In this document: piece by piece, positions 54,609 to 64,000 of the stretch | Layout of the letters: each line of letters begins with the position of its first letter | Position numbering within the stretch: position 1 is the first letter of the stretch | Assembly: GCA_031396065.1 (NCBI GenBank) | Contig: JANNJZ010000418.1 | Location: 9,030 to 73,029, forward strand | DNA length: 64,000 nucleotides | Source of the DNA: Pyrinomonadaceae bacterium | Lineage (GTDB): Bacteria > Acidobacteriota > Blastocatellia > Pyrinomonadales > Pyrinomonadaceae | Direction of reading: 5' to 3' | The notes under the pieces: generated by a model | What the model was told of the DNA's origin: nothing | The model's database searches: none | Seen by the model: the letters and a program-made list of their open reading frames with translations, nothing else | Program-made: the position numbers and the translations under genes

Positions 54609-54772
54609 GTCTGATCGTTGCTCCTTTAGAAGACTGCTGACCGTTCAGGGCGTCCTGCGAACTTGACGACCCTGAAAACGGTTTGTTATAAATTTCGTTT
54701 CGACATTGCCGCTTTTCTCAATCCTATGAGCCCGGAGGCAATTATCAACGCTGGGGAGGTATCATTTAAATC

Positions 54773-54967
54773 ATGGCTAAACGTTGCGAAGTCTGCGGCA
54801 AAGGACCTCAATTCGGAAACAATGTTTCCCACGCAAATAACCGAACGCCGCGCCGGTTCAATCCAAATCTGCAATCGATCCGCGTGCAATTACCGCAAGG
54901 TGGCGCACAGCGGCGGAAAGTTTGTACGAGTTGCATTAAAGCCGGAAAAATTGTTAAGGCCGCCTAG
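54773..54967 (+). CDS. rpmB: 50S ribosomal protein L28
   Basis: [34 protein letters not shown] is the canonical L28 sequence. Confidence 0.95.
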   Translation: MAKRCEVCGKGPQFGNNVSHANNRTPRRFNPNLQSIRVQLPQGGAQRRKVCTSCIKAGKIVKAA

Positions 54968-54995
54968 TTCATTCAAACCTTGCTGAATTTAACGA

Positions 54996-55032
54996 CTGGT
55001 GCTCGGGGAGGTTCCCCAGGCGCCGGTTTTTT
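54996..55032 (+). terminator. Rho-independent terminator candidate after rpmB (convergent with ridA)
   Basis: GGGGA-GGT-TCCCC core hairpin with partial outer pairing, followed by GGTTTTTT. Confidence 0.5.
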
Positions 55033-55048
55033 CTGTGCCTTTTCCGTT

Positions 55049-55426
55049 CTACGCCAGCGCTATTGCTTCGATCTCGACGCGCGCATCACGCGGCAAACGG
55101 GCCGCTTCCACCGTCGCCCGGGCCGGTGGATCAGCATCGAAGAACTTCCCGTAAACTTCATTCATAGTCGCGAATTCCTGCATGTCGGCCAAAAACACAG
55201 TTGTCTTGACGACGCGATCCAGACCGCTGCCGGCAGCCTCAAGGACGGCGGCCAGGTTCTTTAGTACCTGTTCCGTCTGCTCCTTAATTCCGCCCTCCAC
55301 GAATTGTCCACTCGCGGGATCGATAGGAATTTGCCCTGAGGCGAACACCAGGCCATTTGCCTTAATGGCCTGAGAATAAGGCCCAATTGCGGCCGGAGCC
55401 TGGTCGGTTTGAATTATCTCCCTCAC
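55049..55426 (-). CDS. ridA: RidA/YjgF-family reactive-intermediate deaminase
   Basis: [28 protein letters not shown]...[20 protein letters not shown]...[23 protein letters not shown]. Confidence 0.9.
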   Translation of the reverse strand: MREIIQTDQAPAAIGPYSQAIKANGLVFASGQIPIDPASGQFVEGGIKEQTEQVLKNLAAVLEAAGSGLDRVVKTTVFLADMQEFATMNEVYGKFFDADPPARATVEAARLPRDARVEIEAIALA

Positions 55427-55514
55427 AGTTGCGGGTGCCCCATTTTAGTCCAATAAACGAAAAACGCGATTCTATCAGAAACGAAGATGAAGGCCAAAGA
55501 GGCGAGGTGGGCCA

Positions 55515-57701
55515 CTAAACCGCTCCCTGCATTCGTTCAACATCCAGTACGCCCGGAACTCCCTTGATGGAATTGATCACCTTGTCGAGGTGCTTTACAT
55601 CAAACACTTCAACGGTGACTTCGATGATTCCCTTCTCATCGGGTGCTACAGAAGCGCGCGCATCCCGGATTCCGGTCTTCATATCCGAAATCGCACCAGT
55701 AATTCCAGCTATCATCCCGGTGCGGTTCTCAGTCGTCGCCAGCAGTTTCACCGCGTAGGCTGTCTTCTCGGGCCGGCCCGCCCATTCGACGTCCACAATG
55801 CGTTCCCGATTGATCATTAGCGAGGCGACGTTTTTGCAACGCTTCTCGTGAACTGCCACACCTTTACCGCGAGTTATGTAACCAACGATCTCCTCCCCAT
55901 GAAGAGGATTGCAGCAACGTGCCCGGATAACCATAAGATCGTCGACGCCTCGCACTACGATTGAATCATCGCCCAGCCGGATCATCCGTTTGACGGCTCG
56001 AACACCACTGCGGAGGCGCGACTCTTTCTGCTTATCGAGCTGCTCAAACTGCTCAGGTCCAAGATACTTCGCGATGACGTTCCGGGGAATCAGCTTTCCA
56101 TAACCAATTCCCGCCAGCAGATCTTCTGCCCGCCCGTAACCGTATTCCGAGGCAACCCGCTTCATCTCCTTATCGCCATCGCCGAAAAGCTTTTTGGTCG
56201 AAAGTTGAAACCGGGTAGCCTCTTTTTCAAATAGCTTTCTCCCGATGTCTATCGACTCCGCTCGCTGTTGCTCGGAAACCCAATGGCGAACCCGGTTCCT
56301 GGCCCTCGAGGTGACGATGTAGTTAAGCCAGTCGCGCGATGGGTGGGAACTCGGAGAAGTCAGAATCTCTACCACGTCGCCATTCTGTATTTGGCTGCGC
56401 AGGGGAACAATCCGGCTATTGATGCGGGCGCCGGTGCAGGTGTTTCCCACTTCCGAGTGGATCATGTAGGCAAAGTCTACCGGGGTAGCGCCTCTGGGAA
56501 GTTGAATGACCTTGCCCATCGGAGTAAAGGCATAGACGTCCTTCGGATACAGATCGAGCTTGAGCGAATCGAGAAAGTCGCGCGAGTCTTTGACTTCCTG
56601 AGTCCATTCCACGAGCGAACGCAACGCCTGGAAGGCATCATCATCATCGCGCGCGCCGCGTTTCCCTTCCTTGTATTTCCAATGTGCGGCAACACCTTCC
56701 TCGGCGATCTGGTGCATATCCAGAGTTCGAATCTGGACCTCAAACGATTGTCCGTCCAAACCAATCACCGAAGTATGAAGCGACTGATAGAGATTATCTC
56801 GCGGCGTGGCGATCCAGTCTTTTATGCGACCTGGGACCGGACGCCAGGTGTTATGAATCACGCCCAGAGCAGCATAGCAATGTCTTACCTCATTGGGCGT
56901 CACCACCCGGGCGGCTACTAAATCGTAGACCTGATCGAGATCGATCTTTTGTCGTTTCAGCTTTTTCCAAATAGAATAAAGCCGCTTCACCCTGCCTTCA
57001 ACCCGCACGAAAGGGACGCCGGCTTCCGTCATCTTTGCTTCGATTCGTTCAGTTACGCCGCCCAGGAAAGATTCATTCTCAGCGCGTCGTTTCTCCAGTT
57101 GTTCGGCTAGTTCGCGATAGTCTTCAGGGTGCATATGGCGAAAGGCCAGATCCTCCAGTTCGCCGCGGAGTTTACCCATACCCAGCCGGTGAGCGATCGG
57201 CGCGAAAATTTCCATCGTCTCTTCGGCAATCCGTTTTCGCTTTTCGGGGTTGAGATATTGAAGCGTGCGCATGTTGTGCAGACGATCAGCGAGCTTGATA
57301 AGAACGATGCGCACGTCGTCAACCATGGCCAGCAACATCTTCCGGACGTTCTCTGCCTGCTGCTCTTCGCGAGAGATGTTGCTGATCTGCGCGATCTTCG
57401 TGAGGCCGTTTACCAGATGGGCGATTTCCTCTCCGAAGTATTTACGGATGGTATCGAGATCTACGAGCGTGTCTTCTACGACGTCGTGGAGGAGACCGGT
57501 GGCCACCGAGACCTCGTCCAGCTTCATGTTGGCGAGAATGTTGGCCACCTCGAGCGGATGAACCAGATAAGATTCGCCAGACGCACGCTTCTGGCCCTTG
57601 TGCTCTCGCGCCGAAAAGAGATAAGCCCGACGCAGCAGATCGAGGTCTGCCTGCGGGTGATTAGCCGCCACCGTCTCGACAATTTCTTCGATGCGAATCA
57701 T
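55515..57701 (-). CDS. rel: Bifunctional (p)ppGpp synthetase/hydrolase (RelA/SpoT homologue)
   Basis: An HD hydrolase motif (HPLEVANILA...LHDVVEDT), a synthetase domain (YRSLHT-like YQSLHTSV), and TGS and ACT regions. 728 aa. Confidence 0.95.
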   Translation of the reverse strand: MIRIEEIVETVAANHPQADLDLLRRAYLFSAREHKGQKRASGESYLVHPLEVANILANMKLDEVSVATGLLHDVVEDTLVDLDTIRKYFGEEIAHLVNGLTKIAQISNISREEQQAENVRKMLLAMVDDVRIVLIKLADRLHNMRTLQYLNPEKRKRIAEETMEIFAPIAHRLGMGKLRGELEDLAFRHMHPEDYRELAEQLEKRRAENESFLGGVTERIEAKMTEAGVPFVRVEGRVKRLYSIWKKLKRQKIDLDQVYDLVAARVVTPNEVRHCYAALGVIHNTWRPVPGRIKDWIATPRDNLYQSLHTSVIGLDGQSFEVQIRTLDMHQIAEEGVAAHWKYKEGKRGARDDDDAFQALRSLVEWTQEVKDSRDFLDSLKLDLYPKDVYAFTPMGKVIQLPRGATPVDFAYMIHSEVGNTCTGARINSRIVPLRSQIQNGDVVEILTSPSSHPSRDWLNYIVTSRARNRVRHWVSEQQRAESIDIGRKLFEKEATRFQLSTKKLFGDGDKEMKRVASEYGYGRAEDLLAGIGYGKLIPRNVIAKYLGPEQFEQLDKQKESRLRSGVRAVKRMIRLGDDSIVVRGVDDLMVIRARCCNPLHGEEIVGYITRGKGVAVHEKRCKNVASLMINRERIVDVEWAGRPEKTAYAVKLLATTENRTGMIAGITGAISDMKTGIRDARASVAPDEKGIIEVTVEVFDVKHLDKVINSIKGVPGVLDVERMQGAV

Positions 57702-57831
57702 CTGAATTCGTTAACCTGCCAGTTCATGAGACGCCGCAGAGAACCGAAGTGTGATGCGAAGTATAACAAAAAGGTGATGCCCGACTCGAAGTCGAGCATC
57801 ACCTTGATCCGAGAATCGAATGAACGCGTGG

Positions 57832-58683
57832 CTACTTAGCGGGAGTGGCGGCTGCCTTGGCGGCCTCCTCTTTCTTCTTTTGATTTGCTTCGCTCAGCTC
57901 GTTAGTGCGCTTCTGGGCCACCTCTCGCTGCTTATCTAACTCAGTCTTCCTCGCTTGATCCCCTTCCATCTCAGCTAACTTTGATGCTTCCAGCAACAAG
58001 TTAGTCTTATAAGACCACGCGCCTTCGCTATTGGGATCGAGCTTAACGGCATTTTCCACTTCTTCAAGACCCCGTTTGACGCATTTCTGCGCGGTATCGA
58101 AATCTTTCTGGTCCTTTGGTTTCTTGTAGGAAACGACCGCGCGGTTCCCATCCTGAAGGGTGGTCGTCTTATTTGTAGGTAGTTCGGTAATCTTGAACGA
58201 ACAATCCCAGTCTTTGCTTGCCAAAACGATGTACGACTCAGCCCGCTTTTCCGGCGCTACACTCGAGTCGACCGCGCGAGCGGTAATCCAGGACTTTAGT
58301 TTATCTTCGTCCTTGAGAGCCCCGTAAAGATAGGCGATGGCTTTATAGGCCTCGTCATTTTTGGGGTCCTTCTCCAGGATGCGCTGATATGCCTGAATGG
58401 CTTCATTCGCTTTGGCCACGTTCTCCGCAGCTTGAACTCCCGGTCGATATTGAGCGTGAATTGTACGTGCTATGAAAGAAAGAGCGGTCTTGTTATCAGG
58501 GTCAAGTTCAAGGGCCCTTCTCGAATGCTGCTCTGCCACAGGAAACTGCCCTTCGCGATAAGCGCGGGCCGCCTCATTCAACTCATTCTTAGCCCGTATC
58601 CGGTTGACCATCCCACAACCAGACGACGTTGTAACAACGAGAATCGCCAACGCTATGGCGATTCTAGTTTGAGAGAGTTTCAT
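57832..58683 (-). CDS. TPR-repeat lipoprotein
   Basis: Lipobox TTSSGC and repeated TPR-like helices (AARAYREGQFPVAEQHSRRALELDPDN...). Confidence 0.75.
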   Translation of the reverse strand: MKLSQTRIAIALAILVVTTSSGCGMVNRIRAKNELNEAARAYREGQFPVAEQHSRRALELDPDNKTALSFIARTIHAQYRPGVQAAENVAKANEAIQAYQRILEKDPKNDEAYKAIAYLYGALKDEDKLKSWITARAVDSSVAPEKRAESYIVLASKDWDCSFKITELPTNKTTTLQDGNRAVVSYKKPKDQKDFDTAQKCVKRGLEEVENAVKLDPNSEGAWSYKTNLLLEASKLAEMEGDQARKTELDKQREVAQKRTNELSEANQKKKEEAAKAAATPAK

Positions 58684-58778
58684 TTATCGGTAGCTCCATT
58701 TTCAGTGATTGGGCCCAACACCTCGGGGGTTTAGAGCTGTGGCACCGCATCGGCGGCCAGACCTGGTTATAAGCAAAC

Positions 58779-59285
58779 TTACTGAGGTAAATCGTCGACC
58801 TGTAGTCCCACGGGGCTGGCGCCAGCGCCTTTGATAGCGTCTATTACCTTAACCACGTCACCATATTTTAGCGATCGCGGGGCCTTCACAAAGACGGTCT
58901 TCTCTAACCGGTCAGATTCTGGTAAATCAGTACGTGTTTCCATACCCGGCTTGTACGCCCGCTGATCTTTACGCTGCTGGAACAGTTGAGCCAGTCGCTG
59001 GCTCAAGGGCGCTGTATCATTCACCGATCCGATGTTGTCCGCGTTGAGTTTCAGTTGAAGATCACTGGCAATTGAAACGACTAAGGTTAATGGATTAGGC
59101 TTCAGCTGGCTCAGGTCTTCATTGGGATCTCTTTGGGTAGGGATATCTGCCTGGAAACGGCTCGGCTTCAGTGGAGTAATGACCATGAAAATGATCAGCA
59201 CCACCAGGAGTACATCGATCAAGGGTGTCACGTTGATATACGGAACCGCGTCCGACTTTTGATGCTTGACCTTTTCCATGAACAA
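58779..59285 (-). CDS. exbD: ExbD/TolR-family biopolymer transport protein
   Basis: YINVTPLIDVLLVVLIIFMV is the signature TM segment. Confidence 0.85.
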   Translation of the reverse strand: MFMEKVKHQKSDAVPYINVTPLIDVLLVVLIIFMVITPLKPSRFQADIPTQRDPNEDLSQLKPNPLTLVVSIASDLQLKLNADNIGSVNDTAPLSQRLAQLFQQRKDQRAYKPGMETRTDLPESDRLEKTVFVKAPRSLKYGDVVKVIDAIKGAGASPVGLQVDDLPQ

Positions 59286-59330
59286 ACTCCCCTTCCAAAA
59301 GAGACTTCAACCGCCCAACCGAACGCAGGA

Positions 59331-59786
59331 TTATGCAGGCTTAGCAGCCGCTCCGTCGCCCTTCTTCTTATCGGCGACTAAGCCGATCCTATCCACTCCC
59401 AACGCTCGCACCTCATTAATGACTGTGACCACGTCGCCGTAGCTCACACCGACACCGCTCTTGATGTAGACGATCTTATCTTCTTCCTTCTTAATGTTGT
59501 CTAACATCTTCTGGACCCTGTCTTTGAGCTGGTCCTTGCCTACTTTGGTCTTTCCCAGATAGTAATCACCATCAGCAGGAATCGAGATGACAACAGAAGT
59601 GTCTGCGGTGATCCGCGTATCTTCGTCAGGATTATTAAGATCTTTTGGCAGGCTCACCGTGATCCCGTGCTGCAACATCGGGGTTACTACCATGAAGATA
59701 ATCAGTAGCACCAACATGATGTCTACCATCGGGGTGACATTAATCTCCGAGTTTAGGCCGCCGCCTCCACCTGCTGACATTCCCAT
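59331..59786 (-). CDS. exbD: ExbD/TolR-family biopolymer transport protein
   Basis: EINVTPMVDIMLVLLIIFMV. I moved the start to the ATG at 59786, which has GGAGGAG 8 nt upstream. The track's start is 59828. Confidence 0.85.
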   Translation of the reverse strand: MGMSAGGGGGLNSEINVTPMVDIMLVLLIIFMVVTPMLQHGITVSLPKDLNNPDEDTRITADTSVVISIPADGDYYLGKTKVGKDQLKDRVQKMLDNIKKEEDKIVYIKSGVGVSYGDVVTVINEVRALGVDRIGLVADKKKGDGAAAKPA

Positions 59787-59885
59787 AGCTAATTCTCCTC
59801 CCTGCAAACCACCGCGGTGAACCGCCAAACGAGATCCACCGCCGCCAGATCCTTCTTGGCCACTCTCTTTGGATTTCGACCGGAG

Positions 59886-60665
59886 TTACGGTTTCAACTG
59901 TCTGGTCCGATTCTTAATGAAGTAGTCAACCAATTCTGACGCCGAATTGTCCATCTCCACGATGAAACCATCAACCTTCCCAGTAAAGTAATTGAACAAC
60001 CAGACGGCTGGTACCGCCACGAGCAATCCCAGCGCCGTAGTGAATAGCGCTTCAGAAATACCGCTAGCCACAGCGCCGATACCTGCCTGGCCCGCGTCGC
60101 CCATGGCGCGGAACGCGTTAATGATCCCGAACACCGTACCAAACAAGCCCACGAATGGCGCGGTCGACCCGATTGTCGCCAAACCCGACAAGCCTCGTTT
60201 GAACTCCGCTGTCTTGATGGCGATAGCTCGTTGGAGAGCACGCTTTGAAGCTTCGATCTCGTCGCCTGAAATCTCCGACGATCCCTCGTGGGCCCGAAAC
60301 TCCTGCAAGCCGCTGCTGACCACCATCGCGAGATGCGACTTGCGATGTTTGTCGCTGATGTTTATCGCTTCTTCGATGCGGTCGTTCTTGAGGGCTTGAG
60401 CAACACGTGGCGCAAACTCGCGCGACTGCTTCTTGGCTGCGGTATAGGTTAAGTAGCGCTCAACCATGATCGCAATTGAGTAAACCGACATGATCAGCAG
60501 GACCACAACAACGCCGATGGCGACGGCGCCCATGCTCTTAATCATCGTCATTAAAGAGAAGTGGTCCACCCCGGCTGCAGGGCTGGCCGCCGGAGCTGCT
60601 TCCTGCCACATGAAGACGATCAAGCCAAACGCTTTTGTTCCTAAAAGACTGGTTAGAATAGTCAC
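59886..60665 (-). CDS. exbB: MotA/TolQ/ExbB proton-channel protein
   Basis: Three TM segments and LATIGSTAPFVGLFGTVFGIINAF. Confidence 0.9.
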   Translation of the reverse strand: MTILTSLLGTKAFGLIVFMWQEAAPAASPAAGVDHFSLMTMIKSMGAVAIGVVVVLLIMSVYSIAIMVERYLTYTAAKKQSREFAPRVAQALKNDRIEEAINISDKHRKSHLAMVVSSGLQEFRAHEGSSEISGDEIEASKRALQRAIAIKTAEFKRGLSGLATIGSTAPFVGLFGTVFGIINAFRAMGDAGQAGIGAVASGISEALFTTALGLLVAVPAVWLFNYFTGKVDGFIVEMDNSASELVDYFIKNRTRQLKP

Positions 60666-60761
60666 GGTAAACCCTCCAAAAGGTTTTCTTACATTGATGA
60701 GCTCGCAGGTACCCGCAGAATGAGCCTACCAAAGGCCCGCACGGCGCGAAACCTCCGCAGT

Positions 60762-61553
60762 TTATTGAGCCACGAAATTGTACGTGATGACGCCCGTTAC
60801 CTTGACGGGCTGTCCCGATAACTTGGTTGGCGAAAACCTCGCCCCCCGAGCAGCCGCGGCAGCTACAGCCCGCAGTAACGGATGGCCTGACACCGCCACC
60901 GCCGAGATAACATTGCCATTCTCGTCAATGGTCACCTGCACGGTGACTGTTCCTGACGCGTGGGCTTGCCGGGCAATTGGCGGATACGCGGGTTTCGGAA
61001 GACTGATAGCCTTGCCGTTAAGCACGCCTCCGGATATGGGCGCCCTTGGCGGGGTGGGCTTGGGTGGGGGCGGAGGTGGCGGTTCCTCAGCGATGTTTAC
61101 ACTGGTTGGTCCGGCAACGAGTCCTGTGCCTGTGCCTGGCCCCGACGACATCGGAGCCGCTGCATTGGAATCGGAGCTACCGACAACGGTAGTGACACCA
61201 CGTCGCACCGGCGGAATATTGCTGGCCTTGGCAGAAATCTCTTTAGGGACAAGCTCAGTACGTGAAACATCCGCGATCAGTTCCTTGCGAACGTCGACGT
61301 TCTGTTCCACCTTCTGCGGCTTCACCTCTGCCGGCTTATCCGGCTCATTCTGCTGTGGCGGCACTGGGACCGGCGCCACCAGAGTAGTCAGCTCGAGATC
61401 CAGAGTGTCAAGGCTAGCCACCGTCCACACAATGCTGCCTATTATGAGTGCCAGGCCAATGACAGCGTAGATGGCCAAGGTACCCAGAAGAAACGAGCCT
61501 TTTCGCCCCAAGTCTTTCGAGTGCGAGCCTGACTCTACAAGGTTTTCAAACAT
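60762..61553 (-). CDS. tonB: TonB-family energy transducer
   Basis: An N-terminal TM anchor, a Pro-rich spacer (PPPPPPPKPTPP), and a C-terminal PAYPPIARQAHASGTVTVQVTIDENGNV. Confidence 0.85.
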   Translation of the reverse strand: MFENLVESGSHSKDLGRKGSFLLGTLAIYAVIGLALIIGSIVWTVASLDTLDLELTTLVAPVPVPPQQNEPDKPAEVKPQKVEQNVDVRKELIADVSRTELVPKEISAKASNIPPVRRGVTTVVGSSDSNAAAPMSSGPGTGTGLVAGPTSVNIAEEPPPPPPPKPTPPRAPISGGVLNGKAISLPKPAYPPIARQAHASGTVTVQVTIDENGNVISAVAVSGHPLLRAVAAAAARGARFSPTKLSGQPVKVTGVITYNFVAQ

Positions 61554-61934
61554 TTTTATCCTCCCTATTCCGGTGCCAAATGGATCAGGGGTCCGAGATA
61601 TTTTGAGACTTATTCTCTTCTTTTAATTGCCTCTCAAACGTCGAACGTCCGCCCGCCTGAGTCGTACATATAATGAAGGGGGAACCAGCAGCCGACTGAT
61701 CATGAGCTATCGATCAAATTGAAAAGCCACTGTGCGAGAGAAAAAAACTCGCCGGCCTTCTCAACAGACTGCCGCGCACCCAACCTTCGTTTTTCCACGC
61801 GGGTTCGACTCTTGAGTATTTAATTGGCCAGCAACGGCAGCAGTCTATGCCGCATCGCGCGGCAAAGTCAAGCGCAAATTCAAACACCGAGATGTAGAAA
61901 AGAAGTTATTAGCTAACCGAGCAACGAGGGTCTT

Positions 61935-63041
61935 TTAAGCGCTGCCGGCTCCGCGAGAACGCTTTGCAGCTGTGCCCGCTAAGGGCTTCCGTCCTGCTGC
62001 CGGGGCGACCCGCGAACCGCCTGCTGCGGGCCGGCTATTTGCCAATGAAGAATTCTTATCCGCCGCCGCGAGACGCTGCTCCCACCAAACCATGATAGGG
62101 CTGGCAATAGCGACGGATGAATAGGTACCGAAGATCACACCAATCAACAATGCCACTGAGAAACCGAACAGGACGTCACCACCAAAAAGGACCATGGCTA
62201 AGACTGACAGAAAGACCAGACCATTGGTGATGGCTGTTCGCGAAAGGGTTTGATTGATTGCGTCGTTAGTGATCCGGTAAAGCGACTCGCGACGATGCAA
62301 GCGACGGTTTTCTCGTATTCGATCAAATACGACGATCGTGTCATTAACCGAAAAGCCGACCAGGGTGAGCAGAGCGGCAATCACCGTCAGACTTATTTCC
62401 CATTGAAATATGGAAAAAAAACCAAGAGTTACCAGAACGTCGTGGAACACGGCGATCACCGCAGCGGCGCCATACGTCCACTCAAACCGGTAGGCCATAT
62501 AAACCAGGATGCCTACGAGAGCAGCCAGCGTTACAGCGATTGCCTTGTTGCGAAGTTGGGCTCCGGCCACCGCGCCCACGGCATCGGTGCCGATGATTTT
62601 GTAGGCGGCATTTGGATCATCTTTCAACTCGAGTAATGGCTGCGCCTCAGGTCCAAAAGTATTGAGGGCGTTCCGGGCAGTCGTTCGTCCGGCATCAACC
62701 TGCTCTTGCGACTCGGCACCTGCCGTCCCTTCAAGCGGAAGTCGTATCAGCACAGTGTCGGTTTTGTCGGTGACGGGCTGGATGACAGCGTTGGTCGACC
62801 CAATCTTAGCGAGCGCATCGCGGATAGCCTCCGCGGCCGGTCGCTGTTTGAATTGGGCGGTTACCACAGTGCCGCCTTTGAAATCTACGCCCAGGTTAAA
62901 GGCTTCGGTGCCGCCGGGATGCTTCCACTGACGAAATATTGCGGAGCCCAGACCAGCCAGCATCAGCAGCACCGAAATCGCAATAAACAAACGGCGCTTT
63001 CCCAACCAGTCAATATTAACGTGCTTAAAAACTTCTATCAT
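61935..63041 (-). CDS. secF: Protein translocase subunit SecF
   Basis: NIDWLGKRRLFIAISVLLMLAG...GVDFKGGT...FSVNDTIVVFDRIREN. Confidence 0.9.
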   Translation of the reverse strand: MIEVFKHVNIDWLGKRRLFIAISVLLMLAGLGSAIFRQWKHPGGTEAFNLGVDFKGGTVVTAQFKQRPAAEAIRDALAKIGSTNAVIQPVTDKTDTVLIRLPLEGTAGAESQEQVDAGRTTARNALNTFGPEAQPLLELKDDPNAAYKIIGTDAVGAVAGAQLRNKAIAVTLAALVGILVYMAYRFEWTYGAAAVIAVFHDVLVTLGFFSIFQWEISLTVIAALLTLVGFSVNDTIVVFDRIRENRRLHRRESLYRITNDAINQTLSRTAITNGLVFLSVLAMVLFGGDVLFGFSVALLIGVIFGTYSSVAIASPIMVWWEQRLAAADKNSSLANSRPAAGGSRVAPAAGRKPLAGTAAKRSRGAGSA

Positions 63042-63092
63042 ATTTTAGCCAATCGCAAAGTCGCGCTGATGAAGGTCGGCCCTTACGGTGCG

Positions 63093-64000
63093 CTATATGC
63101 TCAACCTCTCCATTTTTCGTTTGCGACTTAACTCCCAAATGAAAATCGTCCGCGAAACGTAAATCGCAGAGAATAGATTTATCAGCAGGCCCAGGACGAG
63201 AGTGACTGCAAAGCCACGCAATGGCCCCGTGCCGAAAACAAACAGGAACAACGACGAAATTATGGTGGTAACGTGCGTATCAATGATGGTTACAAAGGCG
63301 CGGGCAAACCCCTGTTCGATCGCCGATGGAATGGTCTTACCGCTTTTAAGTTCCTCACGGATGCGCTCAAATATGAGCACGTTCGAGTCGACCGCCATAC
63401 CTATAGTCAGAATGATACCCGCGATGCCGGGCAACGTCAGAGTAGCTCCAAAAACAATAAGCGCTGCGAGCATCAGAATCATGTTCAGAAGCAACGCCAC
63501 GACCGCGTTCACGCCGGCTCCGCGATAGTAAAAAAGCATGAAGGCTACGACCAGGATCAAGCCAACCACCGAAGCCCTTACCCCTGAGCGAATGGAATCC
63601 GCCCCAAGACTCGGACCAACAGTGCGTTCCTCCATGTATTCAACTGGCGCAGGCAACGCTCCTGATCTTAAAGTCAAAGCCAAATCTTCCGCAGACTGCT
63701 TGGTAAAGCGGCCAGAGATTTCCCCCTGATCGTCAATCCGAGACTTGATGTAAGCAATTGACTTCACCTCGTTCTGCAGAATCACGCCCATATACTCGTT
63801 AATATTCGCGCCAGTCCAAGCGCCAAACTTTTCGGCGCCCGTTGGCTTAAGTGCAAAAGAGATCTGGTAATCAGCAGCGCCACCGCGGCCCTGAACTGCC
63901 GACGCATTGCGCAATTCGCTGCCGGCCACGATTGCGGGAGTCTCGACCACCACCCATTTCTTCACCGGCTGATTCGGAGTAGCGGAGGTCTCGCCTGCTG
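63093..64000 (-). CDS. secD: Protein translocase subunit SecD (5' end outside the window)
   Basis: GPSLGADSIRSGV...AGIAGIILTIGMAVDSNVLIFERIREE. The frame stays open upstream of the track's GTG at 63965 up to the window edge. Confidence 0.9.
   Translation of the reverse strand, partial: AGETSATPNQPVKKWVVVETPAIVAGSELRNASAVQGRGGAADYQISFALKPTGAEKFGAWTGANINEYMGVILQNEVKSIAYIKSRIDDQGEISGRFTKQSAEDLALTLRSGALPAPVEYMEERTVGPSLGADSIRSGVRASVVGLILVVAFMLFYYRGAGVNAVVALLLNMILMLAALIVFGATLTLPGIAGIILTIGMAVDSNVLIFERIREELKSGKTIPSAIEQGFARAFVTIIDTHVTTIISSLFLFVFGTGPLRGFAVTLVLGLLINLFSAIYVSRTIFIWELSRKRKMERLSI

Noticed and set aside
60778-61470. 230-aa plus-strand ORF, and similar long antisense ORFs (57129-57839, 53796-54383, 7396-7920, 33861-34505, 30430-31002, 36545-37135, 23574-24008)
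   Set aside because: All lie antisense or out of frame inside genes with clear family signatures. Their compositions are low-complexity mirror images of the sense gene and they lack RBSs. I treat them as shadow ORFs.

Overview
This is a bacterial chromosomal window. Gene content (an FG-GAP/PQQ exoprotein, a TonB-ExbB-ExbD-ExbD-TPR block, SecDF, debris resembling a Solibacter-type C-terminal domain) suggests Acidobacteriota, but I cannot verify that. Positions 50.8-64 kb are ordinary housekeeping DNA: an ABC-F ATPase, a SurA-like PPIase, rpmB, ridA, rel/spoT, a TPR lipoprotein, 2x exbD, exbB, tonB, secF and secD. The left 50 kb is a mosaic of accessory modules separated by recombination scars. 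(i) 3.1-15.5 kb holds a frameshifted tyrosine integrase and a ~150-bp direct repeat (4031 / 15361). These enclose a seven-gene minus-strand operon (4427-14396) combining a STAND NTPase, a small P-loop NTPase, two trypsin-like proteases, an astacin-like metalloprotease, a two-HKD PLD domain and an unknown protein. Three of the products share a paralogous ~85-aa N-terminal adaptor (EAD/death-like) domain. This operon is my top candidate for an uncharacterised conflict system. (ii) 15.1-17.6 kb is mobile-element debris: an IS6-family transposase tail, a tRNA-Val 3' half, a HigB/HigA-type TA pair with a palindromic operator, a truncated sigma54 activator and a Toprim/DUF3854 fragment. (iii) 17.7-47.2 kb is a complete extracellular contractile injection system (eCIS, phage-tail-like) locus of 19 co-directional genes. 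It has its own sigma54 activator and a -24/-12 promoter, and an embedded DUF4157 effector with an HNH-like C-terminus. It is bracketed by ~180-bp direct repeats that end in a tRNA-like T-arm. (iv) 47.2-50.4 kb holds AT-richer orphan genes, an intact tRNA-Val(GAC) and the 5' half of a second tRNA-Val whose 3' half lies 35 kb away at 15.3 kb. All calls rest on reading the translations and the DNA by eye. No database search was possible.
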